From positions 1,426,001 through 1,490,000 of the forward strand of contig CP075496.1 of assembly GCA_021613535.1 (NCBI GenBank): a DNA stretch of 64,000 nt. The letters run 5' to 3'. Shown here one piece after another: positions 1 through 11,940 of the stretch. A model generated the notes under the pieces. The model did not search any database. It was not told the origin of the DNA and saw nothing but the letters and a program-made list of their open reading frames with translations. Numbering within the stretch: the first letter of the stretch is position 1; each line of letters starts with the position of its first letter. Made by a program: the position numbers and the translations under genes. Origin of the DNA: Adineta vaga (taxonomy: Eukaryota; Animalia; Rotifera).

Positions 1-1854
1 GGCATTTATATGTTGATCAAGTTGAAGAAAAAGAAGAACTAATTCATCCGCTTGTAAATATTTTGTCGATGCATGTTTTACAATATCAACACCAAATTTA
101 ATCGATGGATGTTGATTGAATAATTTTATTAAAACGTCTTTCATATTTGGAATTGAATCTACATTAGAAATCAAATAATCCATGCAGCGTTTTGATGAAC
201 CTATCATGAAACATAGAAATCTTCATAGTGAAAAACAAATTAAAATTTTGATTATTACCGGTTTGCAAAAGACACGAAGCAACATCATAGTGTGCATGTA
301 GTTTTCGATAGATAAATTCAGCTAAATCTAAAGCATGTGATCGTTCCACAAGTTGAGCCATTTCCAAAGAGCATGTTAATCTAAGATAGATCAAATATGT
401 AAATTTTGCTATTTCGATAAAAGAATGAAAACCTGTCTTCAGCTATCCATTTGTAAAGGAGATTGATATGATTTTCATTACATGCTGCTTTTGCACATTC
501 TAATGATATAAGTAGATCAGGCTTAAATGGTGCTTCAAGAGCGGTTTCGGCCAACACTTTACAATGAAAAAGCCATGGACTAACATCTTCAGATGATGGT
601 TGTTTCAATCCTAAGATAATTTTCAGAACAGATCATATGTATCTATCGTATTATATGTCATACTCTACCTTTAAATCTTAGTAATGTTTCCATATTTCTA
701 AGTACACCTTTTGGACTGCATGCTGCAACATAAGATGCTTCTTTATAATTGCCACTTTCGATCGTATTGAGAAAGATTTCAATATGATCGACTAATATTC
801 CTGCTTCTCGATCATACATAAATTCACTGTTGTATTCATCTCCGTCATCATCTTGTTCACCTAAAAACAATTAAAATTCACCTATCTTCGTTGTTTGAAA
901 AGATTTTACCTTTCTGAAATAAATTTGTTGATTCATAAACAGCTTTTTTAATTAAATCTTCTAATAACATGGCATTTGTTGGGTCTTTTTCACCATATTT
1001 CTTAATTGTTCTCCAGACTAGATGATATAATCTTAAACGATTTCGTAATGTTAATCGATGTTCACGTTCTTTATCTAATTCTGCGAGTTTTTCTTCGAAT
1101 AAAGCTTGCATTTCTATTTGTTTTTCTCTCGTTGTATATTTTGTGGAAGCATTATGTTCAAATTCGGAAGATTTACTTTGAAGAAATTCATAAAATTTCT
1201 TCAAAGTTGTCAAATCGGTCTGTTCTACTAATGTTAAACCTTTGGGAGAAAAAAATGAAATATAAATACAAATTATTCGAAGAAATAAAATCAAACCTGG
1301 TACACGTCGACGACCAGTATACAGTTCTGGAAAAGAATTAGGATCAATATTCGTTGTTTTTGGAATTTCTGGTTCATTAAGTTTTGTTTGAGTTACTATT
1401 TCATTTATTTCTGCTTCAAGTCTTCGATTATCTTTTTCGATAACTGCAAGTCTATTCAAAAGGAAATCTATCGTGTTATTTTAATTTGTATAACATACTT
1501 ATCTTCTAATTCCATACATCGCTGTTGATGAAGAAGAAATGTTTTCGGTTGTAAAACTAAACGATGCAAATCACCAGTCATTGTATGCACTTCTTCTGCT
1601 CCAGATTCTAATACTCCAATACATCGTTCGTATTCTTGTTTAATCGCACGAAATAATGGTCGATAAAGTGCTGATTTATCGATAATTTTTTCAAATGCTA
1701 ATCGATACACTGCAAATCGTTCTCTGGATGGATTTTTTCCAACTTTAGCTGATTCATCGTTCATAAAACGATTTAATTCATTGAAAAAGTATCGATCACG
1801 TGATGTTAATGGAACATGATCATTTGTTTTTACATCCGATAGATCAAGATTCAT
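1..1854 (-). CDS. CLHC1: Clathrin heavy chain linker domain-containing protein 1 (multi-exon, 3' end outside window)
   Basis: Spliced ORFs 1468-1869, 878-1459, 658-870, 381-608, 164-394. TSNAXIP1_N-like start (RFAVYRLAFEKII...LFRAIKQEYE), a coiled coil, then the clathrin-linker motif GNYKEASYVAACSPKGVLRNMETL and LLYKWIAEDR. First ATG at 1854. Confidence 0.8.
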
Positions 1855-3004
1855 TTTGATGAAATACAATGATTATCATGATGCTTCTGCCATTTACACC
1901 CTCCATTTACAACAGGTTTCCATGCAACAGGATGCATTTACATTTATCAATAGATGTCATCTGAGAAATTGCCTTCAAAATAACTAATTCAATTTTAATT
2001 GTGGTCCTTCTACACAATATGCATATATTGCATTGTAGCTTCTCAAAAGAGATACTTTTTAACTAAACCATAGTTATTTAAAATGTAGCGCTTTACAAAT
2101 ATTATCGTAACTGCTTGATTCAAGTGACTATTTAAACAATTGACAGTTTTCTAAAGTAATATACACAAGTAACGCAACATGAGCGTTGCTAACCCTCTAC
2201 TGACAGTCGTCTTCTCGTGTCCGATTCTATATAGAAATCTGATATATGTCTTCGCGTTAAAAATAGTAGGTTTCTACCTATTTTTTCATGTTAGATTTTT
2301 GTATTCGATACATAGTCAAAACCTGCAAAATTCTGCCAATCGCAGCATATACCTTTATTTTTATCAATAATGTTGACAGTACACCACATTCTCAAAAATG
2401 TTCTGTCGACTTCACTTTTTTATACTCTTATGCGATGGAGTTAGAAACATGTTACATTTACTTTTGAATGTGCTAATCTTTTTTAGAGAAAAGTAGCGCT
2501 CATTCTTTGGATTCACTGACTGACCCTTCTCTGAAAGAATAATAGGCGTGTTCAGTAAAGCTCGTCGGATAGACCTGGACCCATCCGAATCCGGATCCAG
2601 GCAAACTTTTGTACGTAAATTGCTTTTCTAATTTTCTTCACTTTCTATATATTTGAAAATATACTTAGTTCACGTATATAGCTGGTTTCCTCTACACCGA
2701 TGATATATATATATTCAATAACGACTATATACGAACTTCAGGTGGAGCGACTTTTTCACTGAAAAATCATTGTTTATCTTGTAATTCTTTGAATGTAAAT
2801 CAGAGAATATCAATGAAGTATACATATGGTACACCATGTAAACGTGAAACGCGTTTGTTAGTTGCGACTGAGATACATCTTTTTTTCTCTAAAAAATTTT
2901 CTGTCTACGTTGAAAGACGTATAAATTCAGAACATCTTTCTATCATCAGACATGAAACGTAAAGTCCAAGAATCAATTAGTTAAACTTCTGGATCATACC
3001 ACCT

Positions 3005-3650
3005 GACACGACATACCCACACAACATTTCCGCACTTAATATTTTTTCATTGACATCAATAAGACGAATTTTTTCTCAGTCACTCAATCTAATTAGTTTA
3101 GACTTATGGGGATCGTTGTTACAGTTTTGTTATTAGATTAACTTTAAAAAAGGAATGAAAATCGAAATCGTGAGTTCAACTAGGAAAAGCAAAAGAAGTA
3201 TAACCCAAATCTGATTTAGAAAAAGTTTTCGACAAAGTTTTTATCGAAGTCAAGTTTGTATTTATATAAACTATAACATAGAAAAATATTTGTTTGTGCA
3301 TTTTGCTGATACTGAAAGTATATTTCCAGAATTGCTCCTAACAGAGAGAGGCAAACAAATTTTCACTTGAAGTCTATAGTCACTTCTTTACTCAAAACTA
3401 AATGTAAATTCTACAAAAATCATTACGTTGTTTTTCTGTGAAGATCATTTGAAAATAGTGAGACCAGTGTTTCATTTTGAAAAATCCAGCTAAGCATTCA
3501 ATTATTGTACGATGTTAGTGACTTGTTCAACAATTAGCTACTCACTTAAACTTAAACTAATTACTGAGAGAGTGAGAAAAAATTAGTCTTATTGATGTCA
3601 ATGAAACAATATGAAGCGCGGAAACGTCCATCCGCGCGTATGTCGTTGCG
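3005..3650. mobile_element. Degenerate MITE-like element with ~90-100 bp imperfect terminal inverted repeats
   Basis: About 3020-3106 (tttccgcacttaatattttttcattgacatcaataagacgaattttttctcagtcactca...) is the imperfect reverse complement of about 3547-3630 (...tgagagagtgagaaaaaattagtcttattgatgtcaatgaaacaatatgaagcgcggaaa). The interior is non-coding. Confidence 0.6.
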
Positions 3651-4309
3651 CGACAATGTTATCCGCGGTAACGTCGGCGCGGAAATGTCCGTCAATCTGA
3701 GACCAACCGCTCTATTTTCATATCAATTCAAATTGTCTTGATTTTCAGAAGAGCGTAGAAATCAAGGACACAATCAAACCTTGAAACAAAAGACCACTTA
3801 CGAGAAAAATGCAAAAGGGAGTTTCGAAGTATATTTCAATGATTATTTCACCACAGTATGATGTTAAAAAAATAATCTTTCATTAGTTTCACATAGATCT
3901 TGATGAGACTGAATAGAAAGCGAGTATGAAAAGGCTTATATCGCCTGCTGCTTCTGTTCTCTTTCCCTCTATCCACTACACTATTCGAACTTTTTCCAAA
4001 CACATTATTTACCTGAGTACAGAGTTTCAGTAGAAACGCTGTGAAACCTATCCCGCTTTCAACAAAATTGCAAAACTAGAGTGCATTCCACAAAGAACAA
4101 TTCTCTTTCTCCGGTCCGCTATGAACGCACTACTTTAATGAAAACCATACACTTTTCATAGTACCAAATCCTAGATTTGAAACACAACACGCTATCATCC
4201 AAATAATAACGCTTCCCATAACATAGTGAATTATCTATTCCTCTCCACCATTTTTTTCAGACAGATTCCTACACAAAAACGTATCACAAAAAAATATAAC
4301 CTTCCAGAA

Positions 4310-6628
4310 CTAACATAACACCCTATTTCCAAAACAATCCCGAAGCTGTTGCGCTTCTTGATCGCCGATTATATTCTTCGAGAGATCTAGTGTGGCGAGT
4401 GTCTTTAGATGACAGAGAAGATGAATATACGAGTTCTGTAAAAAGCGAAAAAATGTTACCATGTTCATTCGAAACCCATCACGGATATGTTGTGCTCCTT
4501 GATCGCCGATTTGATTCCACGAAAGATCTAGTGTGACGAGTGCCTGTAGATGAGAGAAAAGATGACTATATCAGTTCTGTCACTATCGATTGAGTATTAC
4601 TGTGTTCGTTCGCAAGGCATCGCCGATATTTTGTGCTCCTTGAGCACCGATTCGATTCCACGAGAGATCTAGTGTGACGAGTGTCTGTAGATGAGCGAAA
4701 AGATGAATATATTGGTTCTGTCACTTGCGAATGGGCATACCGTGTTCGTTCGCAAGGCATCGCCGATATGTTGTGCTCCTTGATCGCCGATTTGATTCCT
4801 CGAAAGATCTAGTGTGACGAGTGCCTGTAGATGAGCGAAAAGATGAATATATTGGTTCTGTCACTTGCGAATGGGCATACCGTGTTTGTTCGCAAGGCAT
4901 CGCCGATATGTTGAGATCCTAAAGCGCCGATTTCATTTTCATAGAGATTTAGTGTGGCGAGTGTCTGTAGATGAGAGACAAGATGAATATATCAGTTCTG
5001 TCACTATCGATTGAGTATTACTGTGTTTGTTCGCAAGGCATCGCCGATATTTTGTGCTCCTTCAGCACCGATTTTATTCTTCGAGAGATCTAGTGTGACG
5101 AGTGTCTGTAGGTGAGAGAAAAGATGACTATATCAGTTCTGTCACTATCGATTGAGTATTACTGTGTTCGTTCGCAAGGCATCGCCGATATTTTTTGCTC
5201 CTTGATCCTGGATTTTATTCGTCGAGAGATTTAGTGTGGCGAGTGCCTATAGATGAGAGAAAAGATGATTATATCAGTTCTGTTACTAGCGAATGAGTAT
5301 TACCGTGTTTGTTCGCAAGGCATCGCCGATATGTTGAGATCCTACAGCGCCGATTTCATTTTCATAGAGATTTAGTGTGGCGAGTGTCTGTAGATGAGAG
5401 ACAAGATGAATATATCGGTTCTGTCACTCGCGAGTGGGCGTTACTGTGTTCGTTCGCAAGGCATCGCCGATATTTTGTGCTCCTTGATCCCGGATTTTAT
5501 TCAACCCAAGATTTAGTGTGGCGAGTGTCTGTATAGAGAATTCATAGTTTTAAAATGTATGTAAGGAAATCGACACCTCAGATTTGTTTTTGAAGTAGAT
5601 GTACAATTTAAATAGAATTCGGCTGAAGAGGTGTGGAAGGGTTTGGATATCGTTTGATTGGGTGTATTATACAAAGACATGAATGATGATCAAATTGATT
5701 GGTACTGCGCTAATAGTCGGAGTATTGAATGGGTAGGTTGACGATGATAGTTAGAAATGATAGTTGTCGCACAGAAATCGTTTTTTAGTCTGGAATAGGT
5801 AAAGAAGCAAGTGATTTAGCCAATCTATGGTTATTAGTAATTGTAAGTGACGTGGATCTTCTAAATTTGGAAACTTTTTTGCGAAGCTTCTCATTCGTTC
5901 ACAGTTGATGGAAGCATAGTTGTGGATAGTAGAATGTAGTATTCACTAATGTTTGATTTTTATGGAGGACGAGGATTTCTTTATAGTTCAAGCTTTTGCG
6001 TTAAATACGCAAGTTCATATTACTGTTTTATTTGTAATATTTTTTATTTGTTGGTTTTACAGTTCATTGATGATAGTGAATGCTGTGTCCTGCCTAAGTA
6101 TTGTGCAGTTTACTTTGTGTTATCTACTTGTTTTGAAGAAAAATTGTTGGATTGTTTGATAGTTTTAATAGGGAGATCTGTTTGCAATGAGAAAAGTGTT
6201 TCATAATTGAACGATTTTATTCTTGCTTTGCTCACGATCAAGTGTTGAATAAGAAGCATATTTTATGGGCATGGAAAGAAAAGAAAGGAATGAAGAAATG
6301 TTTGTTATTTAGCAACATGAGTCAATGTTTTGGTTGATTCACTTATCGCAATTGCTTCGAAACTCTAAAATTGTTTCCTTTCTTCTTGGAGTGAACTTAT
6401 CAAGTAAGATATTACTAGGCTCATGTGTGGTAGAACAGATGAGAAAATAGTTAAAGCATTTAGCAAGCTTACTAGATATCGATGATAAGTGTTAAGGATT
6501 TGATTGAAACGTCGACAAACATTTTGCATCGAACAAAACAGTGTAAAATCGCTCTGATGATCCATAATTCGATAAACAAGTTCGATAGGCAATGTTAAAA
6601 ATGTGTACGTATTCTTTTTAGATTCCAT
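4310..6628 (-). CDS. F-box + ribonuclease-inhibitor/NLRC3-type LRR protein (~306 aa), one 28-aa LRR per exon
   Basis: F-box exon 6628-6473 (FLTLPIELVYRIMDH...VCRRFNQIL) ends at a phase-0 GTAAG. It is followed by 84-nt phase-0 exons at 5528-5445, 5387-5304, 5246-5163, 5105-5022, 4964-4881, 4824-4741, 4684-4601 and 4543-4460, and a terminal exon 4402-4310. Consensus TLxTLxLxxNxIGDQGAQHIGDALRTNT; every intron is GT..AG. Additional exons in 5529-6472 cannot be excluded. Confidence 0.88.
4320..5530. repeat. Tandem array of 9 x 140/141-bp exon+intron units
   Basis: The anchor gat(c/t)tagtgtg recurs at 4384, 4525, 4666, 4806, 4946, 5087, 5228, 5369 and 5510. The two 140-bp periods result from a 1-nt shorter intron. 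Confidence 0.97.
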
Positions 6629-9090
6629 ACAAAAAATTGTTGAAAATACAAGGTTTTGAATATATTATGTTTGTTACAAGAAGCAGTTTGCTATGCTGAA
6701 ATAATCCTTTTTTTTTATTGTAAACGAGTGAAGTCTGACGATTTCAACAATAGCGAATAGTTAGTTTACTTAAAAAGATGGCGGTAATGCACCGGGTGGC
6801 TCATAAGTCAGTTAACAAAGATTTTTTTGATTTCTTCCTTATATTTCATTGTTCAGATCTGATATTTATAGTATATATATATATACTAGATGGCACACTG
6901 GAAAAGAAATTGGTGTTTTGCCTTGATAATATCTCATCTTCTAATAGCATACCATAAATTTTTATTTGTTTCAAAAAAGTTTCAAAATAAACCTTTTCGT
7001 TTTGAAAATAATTTCTTTTGTCTTTTTAATTTTGGTGCAACTTTAGTTAATGAATTTATAAAATAAAGATACAAGGAAAAAAAAATATCTCAATAAAACG
7101 AAAGTCCTTATGATCATTCTACTTATTTCATCATTTTGATTAATAAAATCTTCTAAAGGACTAAAATATATTACATTGAACGATAATTACGCTGATATAT
7201 ATTTGTTTCAAGTTCTCGAGCCTTTTTCCTATTAAAATAAGAACATACTCGACTCGATTAAATTCAATTATGAAATATTAATCTTAAGCCTTGTTGACAA
7301 CAAACTTTATAACTAGTTACACCTTTCTGAACATTATCAATACGTAATATTGCATTAATTTTATCTAATCTAAAAATGATACATCTCATCCATATATGAT
7401 ACTTTTATAAAAATAATTCAACAACTGCTGGAACTTATGTTTCTGGGATTGTTCAGGTTTATTCAAAAATTTTTATACAACTTGAAATAGATCTCATAGA
7501 ATCTTGCAGATGATGGTGAAGGCGACGACCAGAGTAAGGATGATGGCAATGGTCAGACCAAGAGTGTGTTAAACCATCTTGATACAGAAAATAAATCCTC
7601 TTAGACTTTTTATTTAAAATTCTAGATGTTTATTTTTAATAGTTTCACTCAGAGACGAAGTACAGTCAATGAATGGATGAAACATATAAAAAGTCATGTC
7701 TTCATTAGCAGAAGCATGTTACATCTGCTTCAGCGATAAACACAAATACTTGAAGAAGATTCCAAGTATATGGATACGATTAGCAAGAACTTTACCTTTC
7801 TAAAAAGTATTATGTTTTATTTCAAGATTTCCAACGTGCATGATTTTCTTGCTCAAGATTTTGAAATATTGTATATGCATGAAAGAAAAAGTTCAAATCA
7901 AATTTAAAGCAGACGAGCAGTCATCTTTTTTAGGCAGAGTTGCTATCTTATCAAGTCAAAAATTTCGAACTGTAACAGTGGAGAGAAGAGTTGAAAAAGC
8001 GGAAAAATCTTTTCAAACTATTTTACAAGAAGCATTTCAATATGTTATTAAAGCCTAAAAATAAAATCGAGAAATTCGCTTTTTCAAGCTTAGGAAACGA
8101 AAACGAGTATCTTTTTTTTATGTAACCATCCGCCCAGAGATAAATGATTAACTAGAGATGATTGAGCACCGTCTACTATAATACTTTGGCCACTACTTTC
8201 TGTAGAGTATGCTTTCTTTGGAAAAATCTTTTTTTTATCCGTGTGTATAGTACAGAAAAGTAGCATCTGAAACAATGCGACTTCTTGTAGAAATCTTTCT
8301 CTTGTGTATTTAAACCTCTAATGAAAATTAATAGCAAAACATATAGAAAAAATGTTCTAATTATTAAACGCACGAGTGATGAATTTTATGAGAAACAGAA
8401 AATATTCCATGCTGAATTGTATGCACAAATTTTTATTATATGAAGCTTAAAACAGAATTAAATGAATGTGTTAATTGATCAGCATTTGTATTTTGTTTTT
8501 TTTATGCTGAAAACCATTATTGAAAGCGATTTTTATTCTTATACTGAGAAGCGGAAAGAATACGGAGTAGTAGGATAATCAGAGAAAGATTACATAGTGG
8601 AAGAGATAGCAACTTTGTTTTAAGTTAATTGATGTTAACCGTACCAACCATGTCTAATACTTTTTTTTCTTCAATAAGAAACCAGATGTATCGTCTCTTA
8701 TGTGATATAATTTTGTTTTTTATCAAACCATATACACCTAAAATATGACATTTATGATTTGATTGCATTCCGGAATAAATATGAACTTTTTACGGGCATT
8801 TTCTCGACATTAAACAGAAAGACATGTTTTCTGCTCTCATTGATAACGGAACTGTTTGGTGATATCTAGAAGTTGTTGAATTAGAATAAAATTCATCTCA
8901 TTCACTTTTCGTCGTGTTTGAACCTCTAAATGTTGAATGAGAAGGAAAACCAAATAATGTGATTAGTTATTCGTACATTGATGGTCAATTTAGACTAAAC
9001 ATACAAATGTTCATTGTTTTCATTGACGACGTCGCGATCAGATAGAACAGATGAGTATAGATACACATTCATACAAAAAAACAAAAACAA

Positions 9091-10904
9091 ATGACAAGTA
9101 TAAACATGGAATATTTATGTGTTCGACTTGAGAATTTGTCAGATGAAATTCTTGTGATTATTTTACAAAAATTAAACAATTGTGATGTACTTTATTCTTT
9201 CATAGGTCTTAATAAAAGATTTGATAAAATTCTCTACGATAGAATTTTTACAAGAAATTTATCATTAATAAAATCTATTCATAGATCATCTTGTCAATTT
9301 AATATAATACTTGATTTATGTGAATTTAAACCTGAAATAGCCGGTATACTCTTCCGTGGCAAGACATTTTTCTTCTATACTCTTTCAATGATTATTTATA
9401 CAAGAGAAATTTATCAGAATTTGATTATTACAGGCATAGTTTTTATTTTTAACATTAACTGTTGAATATTAAGTTAGAATTCTTTCATTCTTAAAATAGA
9501 AAGTCTAGACTATGGAATAGAAGATTGAGATAAAAAGAAACAATACAGCACAGTCGCTACTAAAGAATTGAATTGTTTATGAATAAAGAAAACGAGAATA
9601 TACTATATTTTGAAGTTAATAAACAAAATAATTTAATAGAAATTTTTCTTTAGATAGAAGTTATTTAGTTAATCAATTTTTATTAAGTTGAAACCATGTA
9701 AACGGCGAATAGATGAATTAGGATATATAACACCTGACAATATATCTATATTTATTAGAATCTGTATTCTATTCAACAATCTACGATACTTGAATTTCAG
9801 TTCATATTCGAATTACGAACAATTAGCATTTTTGAGTACAATTCCATCTCAATTCTCTTCAAATTTATTAGAATTACATGTTGTAGTCAAAAGTATTTTT
9901 GATTGTCTCTGTCTTCTTGATGGTCAGTTCAATCAATTACATACATTTTATGTTACAATTCAATCTCGTAATGGATATGAAGGAGATCTAGTTGTTAACT
10001 ATCTAAATATTTATTTCTTCGATGAATAAATAATATTTAACGTTTGTTTTTTTTCTTTCGTGTATTTAGAAACAATTACCCAATTTAAAATATTTTTCGT
10101 TAATCCATGAAGATAGAACATACGTGTATGATAATATATTGATACCACTATTTCAAAGGATGACAAATTTAGAAGAACTTTATTTGCATTTTATTACTAT
10201 ACATGGAACAATTATTGATGGTGATAATCTGAAAAATAATATTATTAATCATATAACACGATTAAATAAATTCACATTTAATATTCGTTCAGTTATTCGT
10301 CTTAATCAATGTACCATCGAACGATGATATTAAATATTCATTTGGAAACTTTCACAATAATGAAATTATTTTAAATGTTGATTATCTTGAACGAAAAAAA
10401 GTATTCTATTATCATATGTATTCATATCCGTATATATGGACATTTTATCATAATATAGCAAATCATTTTCGTGGTGGATTATTTAAATCTGTTCGTGAAA
10501 TATCATTATATGATGAACATTCATTCGAACATGATCTTTTTCTTCGTATTGCTCAATCGTTTCCATTTCTTACAAAATTAACGATACATAATTATGAAGC
10601 ACAACAAAATAATCATCTTGAACAATCAACTATTAAATATTCTTATCTTCTCGACATTGATCTTGTTAAAACTCATCATGATTATATTGAACAATTTCTT
10701 AATAACAAAAAAATATGTTTACTAAATGATATTCATCTTCGTGTAGGTTATAATTCATTAGAAAAAGTAACCAACAATTTTACAAGAGATGAAACAAATA
10801 TTAATTCTTTAAAAATTGTTTGTCGTAGAGTCTGCGGTCAAATAGTTGAACGTTCAAAATTACAAGAATATTTTTCTTATGCAAAAATCAATTGTAATTA
10901 TTGA
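9091..10904 (+). pseudogene. F-box/LRR-like gene, probably disabled
   Basis: F-box LENLSDEILVIILQKLNNCDVLYSFIGLNKRFDKIL. Later motifs MTNLEELYL, MYSYPY and SFEHDLFLRIAQSFPFL are shared with the paralog at 11941-14973. Frameshift near 10310-10325 and an apparent internal deletion in exon 1 relative to the paralog. Confidence 0.7.
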
Positions 10905-11940
10905 TATATTTTGCTAAAATAAACTGTGAAATAGAAATAAAATCATGTTTAATATTTCATAAGAAAAGAAGATAAAATGAAACTATTTGTCAAAAATGAT
11001 TAGAAAGAATAAAATATCACGTATACAAATAAGAAAAAGAAAATACTTACGTAAAAAATAGAGTAAAAACGACTAACAGTATTGATTTATCATCAGGAGT
11101 AACCCGACGAATTTGTTTTTCTTGATCTAATTGCTATTCCTCTTCGTATTTTTTACTTTTTTAATATCTAAAGATTGATTGATTAATATATAAATGTGTA
11201 TCAGAACACTCACACTCGCACTTACCTTCAATGACAAACGATAAATTAGCAATGAATCTATTCTATTAATATTAAAATTGACATGTATGTTCACAGAATT
11301 CTCGAGTAAGAAATGTATTACGATTAGCAGAACGACCGTTATACATAAATTCCTTGCACAAATTATGGTGAAAATCAAAATAAAATCGATTCATGTAACG
11401 ATATGAGCAGCGACCAGTCCCGGATAGGTCTATTGCATAATGTATCTAAATACAAGAATAATAACGTGAGTTATCAAAAGAAAAATGAATTCTTGACGTG
11501 TTAAATAATTATAAATTCTTTGTCAAACGTGAGTTAATAACCAATGTTTTCATCAAATCTGATCAAATCGATGGCATGAATCATAAAATATAAATGCTTC
11601 GTTTCAAATACTTTGATTTTCAACTGAAAAACCAGGTATGGGAGACACATAAATAAGAGAAACAACAGCGTTTATATTGAATGTTTAGCTTAATACAAGC
11701 TATAAATTATAATGTTTAAAATATTTAAGCAGAAGGTATCAATGCCATTGTTTGATAAAAAAGAAGAAGTTTGAAACATTCGTCAATTATTTCAAGCATC
11801 TGATTTTGTGACTTTATCTCAATATGATATCAAATTTCATTATCATATAACATGAATATGTGAATATTATTCTCGCGGACGGCAGCAAGAAAAATATCAA
11901 ACTATATAATGATTGAAGTGAAGAAATTGAATCGTTAGAC

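Noticed and set aside
2545-2605. GC-rich stretch with short palindromes (possible element end or ncRNA)
   Set aside because: No partner terminus or recognisable RNA fold found.
4320-5536. CRISPR array or non-coding satellite; ORFs 4566-4760(-) and 5309-5536(+)
   Set aside because: No unique spacers. The units resolve into LRR exons plus GT-AG introns, and the listed ORFs are off-frame or antisense readings.
6788-6820. Mariner-like terminus ccgggtggctcataagtc
   Set aside because: Only one end is visible; no matching inverted copy found.
7300-8373. Exon-like fragments and short ORFs
   Set aside because: No consistent spliced frame or recognisable domain.
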